Below are positions 52,038 to 64,000 of a stretch of 64,000 nt of DNA, piece by piece. The position numbers and the translations under genes are program-made. This DNA is from Batkoa obscura (Eukaryota). The notes under the pieces were generated by a model. It was not told the DNA's origin, searched no databases, and saw only the letters and a list, made by a program, of their open reading frames with translations. Numbering within the stretch: position 1 is the first letter of the stretch; the number at the start of each line of letters is the position of its first letter. The stretch is from contig JASVEC010000014.1 in assembly GCA_030770535.1 (NCBI GenBank), forward strand, positions 682,001-746,000. The letters are read 5' to 3'.

Positions 52038-52150
52038 TATTGATCTTAATTTTTTTGCTGAGTATCACGGAAAAAGTATAGTTGATAGACATTTTGGAAA
52101 CCTTTCAAAATGGAAAAGTAGTTTTGGAGCGTTAGGTAAAATAGAAGATA

Positions 52151-52250
52151 TGGGAGCGTTTTTTTGACTTTGTTATTTTTTCCATTTTTTAAGCGCTATT
52201 TAAGCGGAAATTTTTTTAGTAAAATTCTTGAACACAAAAATACATCCCCA
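52151..52250 (-). mobile_element. MITE family A copy
   Basis: TA|TGGGAGCGTT...TACATCCCCA|TA. Confidence 0.9.
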
Positions 52251-53244
52251 TATCATCAATTAATTTCAAGATTTGAGGCTTTTATTTGCGAGCATAACAA
52301 AATTAATAACTTGACTGTTAGTAATGGGAAAACAGATATAATTTTTAAAAAGTATGAAAGAAACAAAAATACAAAAAGAATAATAGAGATGCAAGGCATT
52401 AAGAAGTATTTACACTTTATTAAACATAACAATAAACTACATTGTTATCCAGTATCTAATACATCAAAAAAAGCGATATAATTCCAATTAAAGTTATAGA
52501 GTCTATAGAAAATAGAAAAATTAAAAGACCAATCCCAAGGCTTATCTTACGAAAATAACAGAGAATTTAAAGTTTTCCATACTTACTAAGCAAGTAAGTA
52601 GTTTGTTGAGTGATAGAAAAAGATTGTTAAATGTTAAGATTACTTAAGTTATTAATAGCTAAGTTAATAAATAGTCAAAGAACAAGTAAATGTAATAATA
52701 TGTAAAAACTATTATTACTTGTACTATATATGGATAGTTAATTATAGTTTTGGGGCTAAGCACTCCCTCCCATGCAGCTATTTATTAACTTGGCAATATA
52801 CTAATAATGTAATTATAACACTAAAATAGTTTATTTGTTTGATAACAAATCTGCAATGTTGGTTATAAAGCAGTCGATAATAAATATTTCTCAATAAAGT
52901 TTTATAACAATATGTATTTAAGATCTAGTAGAAATTCAACTAACTTACGGTATGAACTATAATAGAATGATTTAGAACTGTGTCTGGGTACTTTTATTTT
53001 AATAAAAGATTTGATTTTATAGAATTTTAAGCGAAGTTTTCAAATACAAAATATTTAAATTGGATAAAATAATAAAACTAATTCGGACAACCCCATATGT
53101 TGTAATAAAATAATTGAATAATGTTAAATATTTTTACTTTTCAATAAAAAAAACTATGTATAAAATTTTAAGCAAAGTTTTTAAAATACAAAATACTTGA
53201 CTAAATAAAAAAACAAAATACTAAAGCAAAATAAAAGAAATATA

Positions 53245-53343
53245 TCGGAATGTATTTTTCTGTTTAAGAATTCACCAACAATTTTTCCACTCAAATAGTG
53301 CTTAAAAGATGGAAAAAGTGATGAAACCAAAAAAACATCTCCA
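53245..53343 (+). mobile_element. MITE family A copy
   Basis: TA|TCGGAATGTA...ACATCTCCA|TA. Confidence 0.88.
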
Positions 53344-53416
53344 TATAATTAATAATACTTTTAATTATAGCTAAATATTTAAATAAATATTAGTTTATAG
53401 GCTCAACTCAGTATCA

Positions 53417-53626
53417 TCTAATTCAAGCTTTAGAAAAAATGTGAATTAAACAAAGTGCTATGAAATTAACTACTTTTTTGCTTAATTTCAAAATCACTTT
53501 ATGTGAATATATTTTTAACTATCATTTATTTTGACTTTTGAAAATTTACGCTACATGGAAATGGACAAAAAAAGTAAAATAGGGAATGGGGATTCCATTC
53601 TTAATTTTGACAAGCTTTCAACCTTA
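53417..53626 (-). repeat. Dispersed repeat, inverted partner of 35182..35380
   Basis: Collinear shared blocks on the reverse complement. Confidence 0.7.
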
Positions 53627-53929
53627 TTTGTATATAAATCGAGTTTTAAAAAAAACAGTCTATAATTTAGCTATGAACTTGAGGAAAAATTCAAGAGTAT
53701 GAGAACTGAAAAGCTAACTTGTTCCATAAAAAGATGCTTGCCAGGTAATCTTTAACAATAGCTGCAGTTAAAAATTTTGCTTTTCAATCTCTATTTTTAG
53801 CAAATTAGTAACTTTCTTTAACCACAACCTTAATCAAAAATTAGTTCATTCAAACAGCAATTGATAAAGTAAATGATAAAGTATTTTACAAAAACATATT
53901 AAAATATTTATAGAAGTATAAAAACGATA

Positions 53930-54922
53930 ATGGGTAAATATCCTGAAGTCTATTATGCTGTCCACAAAGGGAGGAGACCTGGGATCTATTCAACTTGGTA
54001 AAGGATAATATACTTTTAACCGGATTTTAAACTAATGAAAAAAATAGGAAGGCGTGTGAAGAAGAAGTGAAGGGCTACACAGATGCAAGATTCAAAAAAT
54101 TCAAAGTCAAAAAAGAAGCTGATAATTTTGTATTAAATGGGTTTAAAAGTCTGGGAGCGTCGCAACCTTACAGTACTAAAAGAAGATCAAAAAGTCCAAC
54201 TAAAAAACCCAAATTAAGTACACAGTCAAGTGAAATTTTAGTAAGTTAAAGTTAAAGTCATTATTTTAATAATAACAAAGATAAAAGAATTATCAAATTG
54301 TATTTACAGATGGCTCTTCTCGAGGCAATGGGACTAAAAATTCTAGAGCTGGGTATGGGGTTTATTTTGGTGAAAATGATCCTAGAAATTGTTATGGAAG
54401 GATAGGCGGTAGACAGACTAATCAAAGGGCTGAAGTAACAGTATTCTTTTTAGCTTTTATTGTAGTTAAATTATTAATGGAGTTTAGGCTGCAATTAAAG
54501 CTTTGGAAGTAACTGATCCTAATGTTCATTTAGAAATTCGCACTGATAGCCAGTACTTAATTAAAGGTAAAATAATAGTATTTTTAGAATTATTTTAATT
54601 AATGTATTTTAATTAAATCTATTGTTGTTATTAGCAATAACAACTTGGATTATTAATTGGAAAAGGAACGGATGGAAATCAAGCACTGGGAAAGATGTTG
54701 AAAATAAAGAACTTTTTGTATTGTTGAATGATTTGATTAGCAATAGGAAAGGAAAAGTTAAATGGGTAACTCACAGTTTATTTTTTAACTATTTATTTTA
54801 CTAATCCATTAAAGTTTTATGTACCCGGTCATAAAGGTATAGAAGGAAATGAAATGGCAGATCAATTGGCAAACATGGGGGCTGAGCTTTCAGATATTGA
54901 ACAGAGTTGTTTGAAGGTTTAA
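53930..54922 (+). CDS. RNH1: Ribonuclease H1 (hybrid-binding domain + catalytic domain, multi-exon)
   Basis: YYAVHKGRRPGIYSTW|KACEEEVKGY..ARFKKF; VFTDGSSRGNG..RAGYGVYFG, QTNQRAE, TDSQY, WKRNGWK, VPGHKGIEGNEMADQLA. Confidence 0.95.
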
Positions 54923-55040
54923 ATTAAGAGATGGTTAGAATAAAGTATATAAGTGTAACTAAATTGTTCTTTATTTTTTATTTTGAAATTATCATTTTAC
55001 TAGAGTAGTTAATATTTCATAAATATTGATTGTGGATCAT

Positions 55041-56384
55041 CTATTTTTTAATATTGTTAAAAAAACTCAGAATTCCTGGCTGACCTTTAGGAGGTTGAGC
55101 TTTTGATTTAGTAGTTATAGTCTTCTAGGAAAAATAGTTAATATCCATATAATTAATATATTCAATTAAACTTACTTTGACTTTTTTTTCCTCGATACTA
55201 ATATTTGCGAACTCTGCATCAGGCACAGACAATTCAGTAATCATAACCTCTCTTTTGGAATATTTTAGTTCAATTTGCTCAATTCTAAAAGGTTTACTAT
55301 TAAACGATTCAAGTATAAAAACTACTAATTTTACTTGTGTTCTAAGCTTAGTTCATTAAGCCATTTCAATGGTGTATAATCCGAAAGTATTTGAAATGCT
55401 TTTAGCGTATTTTTGTCACCTTTATGACTAAAGTTTAACCTAATTTTAATTTAAGAATATAAATTTACTCTCAGTATCCGGTTCACTCAACTTTATATAA
55501 TCATATAGTTTTTTAAACTATTAAATTAGTATCATATCACACTATTAGAATTAACCCTTACCTTATTTTGAATCCATTCTTTTACTTTACTTTCATTTAG
55601 CCTATAAAATATTACTTTATTTTCAAGGCCTATATCTACTTCTAAACAACTCAAATTTAATAAAAACTATTATTCCATTAATTATCTGACATTACCTTTT
55701 ATATTACAAATCTTAGTTATAGCTGAGTTAAACCCGGCTAATAGCTCCATAGACTCAACTATATCTTCCCACTGTTTGAATACTCCTTCTGAATTGTCGC
55801 TGGTCTTACCCTTGAAATATGATTATTATTAGAAAAAAACAATTGAAAAATTCTATTCTTACTTCAAACCTAACTCTATCTAATATTGGTAGAAGCAAAA
55901 ACAATGGATCGAAGGGAGAAACCAGATACAGTTTCCCATCTTTAATTTTTTACTTTGGTTAGATTTCATGTTTTTAATATTCACCTAAAACTCACCTTGA
56001 ACCACATAATTTCCAATAAACCAACTTCTATGTTCCTCATGTTCCATACACTTAATTTCATACAGTTTATTATCATTTATTATAAACTTAACTCTATTTC
56101 CTTTTTTGTTTTTAGTTGTCTTTCTTTTTATGTTATCGTTTTTAGACTACCTGTTTTTGGATGAGGTAAAGTATATATTGCTAATTGACTTGAGTTGAAA
56201 CCTGGATCTTTAGTAAAAAGATGAATTGAATTGAAATTATCTTACCCTCTTCTTTTGGTACTACAAATACCAACTTTTTATCTCCTCTTTCATACTGTTT
56301 TAGTTTAGTTGCTTGTGATCGTGTACTATTGTAAAATTGTTAACTTATTTTACTGTTTGTAGTTTATTTATAAAAAAACCTCAT
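55041..56384 (-). CDS. RNH202: Ribonuclease H2 subunit B (multi-exon)
   Basis: YTLPHPKT, LYEIK, RSWFIGNYVVQ|DGKLYLVSPFDPLFLLLPIL; C-terminal PIP-like QPGILSFF; probable 5-nt first coding exon ATGAG. Confidence 0.85.
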
Positions 56385-57152
56385 TAAAAAGATAGCCAAG
56401 GGTTTGAGGTTAATTTTATTTTAATATAAAAATCATAAAAGGAGATTTTTATTGTTTATTCTATTTGGCAAATAAGTAGCTATGTTAATTAATAGTAAGC
56501 CATAACATATTAAATATATTATTTAAAGAGTTTTAAAAGTAAGTAAAGTTTTAATAAATTTGATTTTATCATTATAATAAAAGCATTCAATATCATTTTC
56601 AAGAAAAGCCGAAAATATTTCAATTAAATGTTAATATACATACAATCGATTCATCTAAAATAAACAATTATAAAACTATTCAACTGTATTGTAAATAAAT
56701 GCTATTATTATAACATACATTTTAAAATAAAGTATATAGAAAGTGAGCTAATAAATTTCAAATCATTGTTTTCTTTATATAGTATATGAAATCACTTTTT
56801 AAGTCAATAATTCTTGAAATGAAATTAAAATTTAAAGCAATGAAATATTATGAAAATAAAAATCCAAGAAACTATGAAATATTATGAAAATATCCAAATA
56901 GTTATAATAACATATCCAAGCCCTATAAAACAATAGAAATACATATATATCTCGTTTATTATATTAAACATTTAAAAAACATCCAAAAGATATAATTATA
57001 ATCCGATCATCTAAACTTTATGATATTTATTACAAACTCACATTAAATAGCTTAAGACAACTTACTTGAAGCTACTTTTATTCAACTTAAAAAAATTCAA
57101 AACTTGCAAATTAGGTAGATTAACTTAGAAGATCAACATATAATTAATAGCA

Positions 57153-58152
57153 TTATTTATGGAACGAAGAGAGAGTAGGAGCCGGCAATGTTTGTTCGCC
57201 TAACACACCAGCTGCTTGTGCCACAGGACAAGAAGCATGGCTGATAATCAATGATCTTAATTTATTCGCTTCCTCATTTAAAGCATGTAATTCCGATTCC
57301 ATCAATGAATTTGAATACTGTAAATATTTGGTATTATCTTCTAAATTTCGCACCTCATTCTTTTTACGTTCTCGGCATTTTAAAGCAGCTAAAGAAATTA
57401 ATATTAGGATCTTCTTTTATATAACAGTAAATGAAGTATCTACCTTTTCTATTTCTTTCTAGGAAATCGATCTTTTTCTCACTCATCCCATCTGTAGGCA
57501 ATCTTTTCCTACCACCAGCAGGTTTTTTAGGCTGTAGCACCTCGCTATTTGTTGTATTTTGTGTTTGTGGATGCATCACAACTTGAAATGGATTTTTCGC
57601 GATGGGTTGATTCATAGTTAAGGTATTGTTTGGTATGCTCATCATATTAGGAAATGTAGTACTTTGTCTTGGAAACATAGAGTTCATATTTACATTTGGG
57701 TTCACAGCAATACCCATAGGCTGATATTGAGTAATTGGATTAATAGGTCTAGGAATCAGTTGCGCCGTACTTTGATTGAAGTTCGGTAGTTGCGACGCAA
57801 AATTATCTTTTACTGGAGGTTGAAGGATATGAAGGTTTCTCATATTACTTTGTGGCTGATATGTATTCAATGAGTTATTTCTAGGATCTAGTATCATAGG
57901 AGATAGTTTTATTGGACCTTCATTGGTAGGTATACCACCAGTTTGATTGATTTGAGCTATGGATGGTAAACTTGGTTTTATAATTTGTGGCTGAGGACTT
58001 TCCTTTTTTATTAAAGTACTGTTGCCAAAGCTTTGTTCAAAAGGGTTTGGTTCTTTTGAAAGGGTAGATTGGCGTGCTAGTTGAGTAGACATCCTGTCTG
58101 ACTCAAACGAGTGCATGGTATGGCTTTGGTTCATCCGAGTTGTTGAAGTCAT
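57153..58152 (-). CDS. ATF1: ATF/CREB-family bZIP transcription factor, Atf1-like (2 exons)
   Basis: LSKEPNPFEQSF N-terminal motif; FLERNRK|AALKCRERKK basic region; zipper ending LIISHASCPVA. Confidence 0.88.
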
Positions 58153-58304
58153 TTTAGTATTTTTTTTGTTAGCTGTTTTTTCTCTCCGTGATTTATTGGA
58201 TAAATTAATTTAAAAAAAGAAGATTGAACTTTATCTGCTATGATTTCATATCATGATTTATGTGGTATTGGTCTGCAAAAAATTAGGAATTAAGTTGGAA
58301 ATTA

Positions 58305-58319
58305 TCAACTGATTGGTTT
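58305..58319. promoter_or_regulatory. CCAAT box upstream of Atf1-like gene
   Basis: TCAACTGATTGGTTT, identical to 8702..8716, about 155 bp upstream of the ATG. Confidence 0.5.
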
Positions 58320-59275
58320 TTCTAACTAAGCATAGTGAGTACTGTGCTCTAATTTGTTAAATAACAGGCATAACTTAGTCCCTTGTTATGAAATCATCTT
58401 TGTCGTATTTCAATGATTTCATAGGTTATAGCTGACATCCAAAACTGAAGCTTATCTATTAGAAATAGAGATAGTAAAATTTTCAAGTTACTAACACTTT
58501 CAAAATTTAAACCGAAAATGGTATTAAAAAGCTAATTTAAAGAAATCCAAAGTTTTAAACTGTTATTAATTAAACTCCCCATCAATTATAAAACTATGAT
58601 ATCTTGAATTGTTCATTTGTTTGAATTATCTCATTACTGCCGCTATATGAGTGAATAAACTAGTATAATTTTAGTATAATTGTTGTTGATGTAATAATTA
58701 CACATTTTATAATATTATCAATATTAACAATTTAAACAAGCTCCTGCTATAGTTCTATACCGTTAGACAATAATAAAATTTTGTTTTAGCCTCCTTTCAT
58801 TTAATACCAGGCTTAGACTATACACTTAAATTAACACTTATTAAAATACAATAACAATACCAACAATGGTTTGTTTTTTAACAATGGGTTTCATATATTA
58901 GATTTATTAGATTGAGTATTTTTTTGGTAATAATTGAATTCGACTTAATCTTAAGCTTGAATTTTCAATATTTGCGGGTTTAAGTTGTAAAGTTAATCCT
59001 TTTTTGATTGAACCCTTAATTTTGTTTATAAAGTTTGTGTCTTTAAAGACAAGAATAGAAGAAAAGTTTTCGAAATATTATTAGGTGTAGGGTTGTATGA
59101 GGAGCTTTCCTGTTTTCTTATAGCTCAACAACACATTCTATAATAAGATTTTAGTATTTAATACTCAGTATTATTTTATTTGGAGTAATTTGACTTTTCA
59201 AAACTAATTAATGCTTAAAATATTGTTGAGGTGAATTTTTGTCTAGTTTATAAAGCATAAGCTTTTAAACTAGCA

Positions 59276-59357
59276 GACAGTTTGTCCGAGTGGTTAAGGA
59301 GTCAGACTTGAAATCTGATGGGGTTTCCCCGCACAGGTTCAAATCCTGTAGCTGTCG
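59276..59357 (+). tRNA. tRNA-Ser(TGA)
   Basis: GACAGTTTGTCCGAGTGGTTAAGGAGTCAGA-CTTGAAA-TCTGATGGGGTTTCCCCGCACAGGTTCAAATCCTGTAGCTGTCG; 82 nt with long variable arm. Confidence 0.96.
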
Positions 59358-59544
59358 TATTGTATGAATACATTTTTCTTCAAGCAAATCAAACTTGGAA
59401 GTTGACTTAAATTATTGGTTTTTTTAATATCCAAGGAAACCTAATGGATTATTAACATTATGCTTATTATATTATATATATAATAATTACAAGAGGATTT
59501 TTTATAATAGTAAAATATAGAATATGAAGAAAAATCCTAATACA

Positions 59545-59642
59545 TGGGGATGTATCTGTTTAATAATTTTATTAGCAATCTTTCCACTTAAAATTGCACT
59601 TAAAAAATGGAAAAAATGATGAAACCAAAAAAGACATCTTGA
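59545..59642 (+). mobile_element. MITE family A copy
   Basis: TGGGGATGTA...GATGAAACCAAAA..ACATCTTGA|TA. Confidence 0.83.
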
Positions 59643-59744
59643 TATCTATTTTGTACCTACTTTAACTTAGCAAGTATTGAAAACTTAATTTTTATTGACT
59701 AAGGTGTCATAACCTAAACAATTCAACCTTCTGCACCATAATAC

Positions 59745-59928
59745 CCATTTTTTTTGGTTTTATCACTTTTCCGTTTTTTGAGCGCTATTTGAGCGGAAAG
59801 ATTGTTAGTAAATTAAAATAATACATCACTATATAAGGATGTTTTTTGGCTTCATCATTTTTTCTATCTTTTAAGTACTATTTGAGTGGAAAAATCATTA
59901 GTAAAACTCTTACAAAAATACATCCCTA
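59745..59928 (-). mobile_element. Two abutting MITE family A copies separated by a single TA (59832-59833)
   Basis: ...ATACATCACTA|TA|TAAGGATGTT...ATACATCCCTA|TA. Confidence 0.85.
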
Positions 59929-60252
59929 TATTATGAATAAATTCGGGATTCTAAAAATTATGCCCTAGACTTGGCTGTCTTCTCTTTGACTTTTTTATAT
60001 AGTACAGCATATTTGAAAATAAAGATATTTAAAAGACTATATTTATAGCTTACTATTTATTTTAAAACTACATGGTATACTATATGTAAAGTATTTTTTG
60101 CTATTTTTGTTGAATTATTTAACAAACTATTTTTTATACAAGAATGATCATTCATTACTCTAATTATTTTAAAGCTATTAGTATTATTAGAGTGCTACTT
60201 TTTATTAATTCTATTAGCTTTACTACCAGTTTTGTTTTTCATATTTAAGATA

Positions 60253-60351
60253 TGGGGATGTATTTTTTTGTTTAAAAACTTTACTAACAATCTTTCCCCT
60301 CAAATAGCGCTTAAAAAACGGAAAAGTGATAAAACCAAAAAAACATCCCTA
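60253..60351 (+). mobile_element. MITE family A copy
   Basis: TA|TGGGGATGTA...ACATCCCTA|TA. Confidence 0.9.
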
Positions 60352-60688
60352 TATGCATTTTTATAAATATACATATCTATTGTCTTTGAGTCATTTTCAG
60401 TGTAAAAAATAATTGATACAGTTACAAAATATCATAGTTATTTTAAAGAACTAAGCTATGAGTTAAATATAAGGTTATTGAATTATTTTATCAACCTCAA
60501 CGGAACAACATAACAATCATAGCAAAAACAAAACAAAGCTATCCTTTAATTTATTAAATACTACTATAAATACATCCAAACAGCCATATCAATTAATACG
60601 ACAAATTAAACTTTTGTGACGTAACAAAACTGAGTCTAAAAAAGCATCAAATTTTAAATTCCTTTTTTTATTTTTCATTCAAAATAAA

Positions 60689-63600
60689 ATGAGTTATCTT
60701 TGGCTAAAACAACTCAATCTATTTCGACGATCTCAGTTCCACAATTTAAGCTTTCAACAATGTAGATTATACACAGCATCAACGATAGAAAAAAAGGGAT
60801 CTAAATCAATAAGTAATAAAAAAACAATTTAAATGATTGGAAAACAAATTTACTAATATAAATCAATATTTTAAACAGCTAAACAAAGTTCATTTTACTT
60901 ACATGGGATATCACCACGAAGGTTGACTAAAATTGATCCAAGGAATTTATTTTTTTCTAGTTCCGAAAAAGAATTGAAGCAGGAGGTAATCAGTGATTAT
61001 TTACCTAATAGCTTACCATTTGGGTTCAAAGTAATGGGAGTGACTCAAAGGTGAATGGTTGATTCTAGAATGTTAAATGAACATGATTAATTTACTATTT
61101 TTTCCTATAGACCTAAAGAAGGTGGAGTTATTGTTAACTATGGTTATGAGCCAGAAATGGCACAAGATAGTAAAGAAGGAGAAGTGATCTTGGAAAAAGT
61201 TAGGGAGCATCTTGAGAAGAATAAGATAAATTCCTTTTTCGGATTCGTTCCAGTGAAAGCGTTTCCTATTAAAGTGAGTTAAATTGCTTTTCAATTATAA
61301 TAATATTGATAGTCTATAAGGGTACCCCGTTTAATGAAGATTTGCTACTTCAACTTCCTACTAGGTAAGATTAGACTGTAATGCATACATCTGTACAAGC
61401 TTCTAATCATCTATTTAGCTTGCTAAAAGTTGATATGCAAGGCCCAGACGTTATGATGGTAATTTAAATAAATTAAGCAGAAAATAACAAAAGGGAATTA
61501 AAACAGTAAAATAGGAAGATTTATACGCCTCATTTCGGGAATATGGAAAAATAGCTAGTATCACTTATCATCCGCCAGAAGCTAGTGGATTCCCTAGATA
61601 TTCACTTATCCGTTATTTTAGTGGATATTCAGCAGCAGCAGCTAGAGTTTGTTTACATGGATTGAAGTTTGATGGCACCAGAATATTTATCAATTATAAA
61701 TCAAGAACAGTAAGTTTTATTTTACTCGTGATAGTATAGTTATAAATGCTATTAACAATTTTCTAGTTTTTTAAGCCTATTTGGGATTGGTTTTTATCGC
61801 ATCCTAGGTTCACTGTAAGATAGCACAACTTTGTATTTAGTATGATAGTTTATAATATGATTTTATTTTATTAGATACCCTTTTTATTAGGTACCTTTTT
61901 AGGGTTGTTATACACACTATTTGATCCATTACGTCAATTTTATATTAAAAATAAAATTAGTGGGCGATTTGATTTAGAAAATTATCAATATCTTAAATGG
62001 ATGAATTTGGATTCAATCAAAAGTGTATTAAATTATAGTGTTTGTTCAATAAAACAAAATAAAGTTTCTGGGTGGTCAGGTTCAAACGACAATTTAGAAT
62101 TTATTAATAATAACTTAAAGAAATCCCCTGGTAGTTTATAATAGTTATCATTATAATGGACGATAAATTTAATATTATGTTTTAGAAACTATGATATTAG
62201 TACATGGCCCAAATGGATCTGAAAAAGAAGTACTTGTTAATATTTCAGTAGAAAATAGAAAGTAATCTGATTTTAATAATATTAAATAAATATACTAATT
62301 AATTTACATCCATATAAAGAAACGTACTAAAAATAAGATGTACAAATTTTATGAAACCACATCATACCAACGATTTAACTTCACTTGCTAAAGAATTCGG
62401 TTATTTTCCAATCTTCGATTTTTTAAATAAAATGATGGAATTAATAGACAACATGATGTCTGCTACTATTGGAAAACCTGCAAGTAATTTAATAATACTA
62501 GCTAAACCTAGTGAAATTCTAATAATTATTTCCTTTTCATAGATTTTGGCTCCTCAAAAGAAAAGCAAAGAGAAAATATATTATCATGTGCAATGCAAGC
62601 CTTATCTGATTTATCAACTTCAGAAAATCAAATTGCATTGAGGAACGAAAAGGATAGTAAATCAGTGCCAGTGATTATATTTTATGATTTCCTTAATAAA
62701 GATACATCTGATGATCCATTTTGGTTACAATTGGCGAATTGGTCCAATGAATTAGTTACTAATCATATTGCTGATGTTGTTTTTATTTCAGATAATCCAT
62801 CCGCTCAACGCATTTTATCTAACTGTAAGTTAAATCTGTTATATCTACTTAGACACTAATGGTCCATCAATACTTAATATTTCTTAGGGGTTTCTTTAAG
62901 CAGCTTCAAATACTTAGGATTATCAGACGCTAGTTTAGACGATGCCATGGAAATTGTACAACATCGATTGAATACACATTTACCATATGACCTAAGAAAG
63001 TCCATAGAACCACTTGGTGGTAGAATGTCTGACTTGAATACATTTATACAAAAAGTATCTGCAGGGCAAACACCTGAAGAAGCAGTTAATGATATTATTA
63101 TTAGTTCAACGACTGAAATTAGTAAATTGTTATTTGGTTCTTTAAAAGGCACGAGACCTAGTTTAGTATCCCCACTTGTTTCTTGGACCGTTATTAAAGA
63201 ATTAAGTTGTAATAGGAACTGGGTAATGAGTGTTGTTTAATTACTAAGAGTGTTTTTAATGGGCATTTTTAGGTTGGTTATGATCAAATTAAAGCAAGTA
63301 GTTATTTCAATGGTACAGACGAGGACTTGCATGCTTTAGAAAAAGCAGAGATTATTACCATTGAGCATAAAGATGGTAAATTATTATTGATACTTTGTCA
63401 TGTTTTATTTATTTTATTAATTATAACGATATTAGATCAACCAAGTATAATCTTACCAGGCAAACCAATTTATTTAAAAGCATTTGAAAAAATATGTAAA
63501 GATCAACATTTAGAAGCTAGTATCTTATCTCAGTTACATAAGAAACAAATTGAAAAAAAGAACAATCAGCTATTAGCAATTGAAGAAGAAATCGTTAGAT

Positions 63601-63830
63601 TAAGCGGAGTTAAAATTGAAACTAGATATAGTTGGGGTTCTTATTTAATACCTACTAATTGGTTTAGGAGTAGTGGAAGTAGATGTCCAAATCAAGTTAG
63701 AGATAGGATGGAATATCTATTGAATAAATTGAAAACAATTCAAAAAGAGCTGAAAAATTCGGAAAAAATTCTGAAAGAAGCAACTAATGTTTTAAAACAA
63801 AAGCCTGAGATCATAAATAATTTGATATAA
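60689..63830 (+). CDS. YME2: Mitochondrial escape protein 2 (Yme2/RNA12), many exons
   Basis: PKEGGVIVNY, GTPFNEDL, RRM EDLYASFREYGKI, WFLSHPR, FDPLRQFYIK, VHGPNGSEK, GYFPIF, LGGRMSDL, PGKPIYLKAF; start is an estimate. Confidence 0.9.
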
Positions 63831-64000
63831 ACAATATTGAGTATTTATAAAAAGCATTTCATTTATTTTAATTTTTTAATAAAATATAAGTATTTTTTTG
63901 ATTTGTATGATTGTCTATTTAAACGTTTTTGAACACCTAATTCTATTGGTATAGTCACTTTATTTTAAATGAAAAGCTCCTGCCCAAAAGCTGCTTTTAG

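Larger units (their letters stand above)
51640..52481 (+). mobile_element. Degenerate DDD-transposase remnant (Sola-like, tentative) interrupted by two MITEs
   Basis: After MITE removal: YFDYLFETLNHESVYSGGCL...INIRANTGNYSKSQEFLHY...IDLNFFAEYHGKSIVDRHFGNLSKW. Confidence 0.6.

Noticed and set aside
53022..53210. ~45-bp imperfect direct repeat about 140 bp apart
   Set aside because: Two AT-rich copies only; too weak to interpret.
53930..54922. RNase H as part of a retrotransposon
   Set aside because: Has introns and an N-terminal hybrid-binding domain, with no RT or integrase nearby; it is cellular RNase H1.

Overview
Very AT-rich eukaryotic DNA with many short (about 45-60 nt) GT-AG introns. 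Gene content points to an early-diverging fungus (inference). Apparently intact genes: PX-BAR sorting nexin (SNX41/Atg20-like), a coiled-coil protein, a Zn2Cys6 regulator, three secreted 10-Cys defensin/macin-like peptides (two inside a seemingly perfect 1095-bp inverted duplication), three GT15 KRE2/KTR mannosyltransferases and two DHA2-type MFS transporters in a mirrored block with patchy identical tracts, NGL2, KCH1, STT3, RNase H1 tail-to-tail with RNase H2B, an Atf1-like bZIP and YME2. There are three tRNAs (Gly-GCC, Ile-AAT, Ser-TGA). Manual translation found decayed genes that the ORF track misses or only fragments: DJ-1/PfpI, a Skd3/CLPB-type AAA+ ATPase, an Nha1 antiporter and a DDD-transposase remnant. 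About 26 copies of a ~100-bp TA-flanked MITE are present; removing two of them restores the reading frame of the host relic. Family assignments rest on recalled motifs, not database searches, and multi-exon boundaries are manual estimates.
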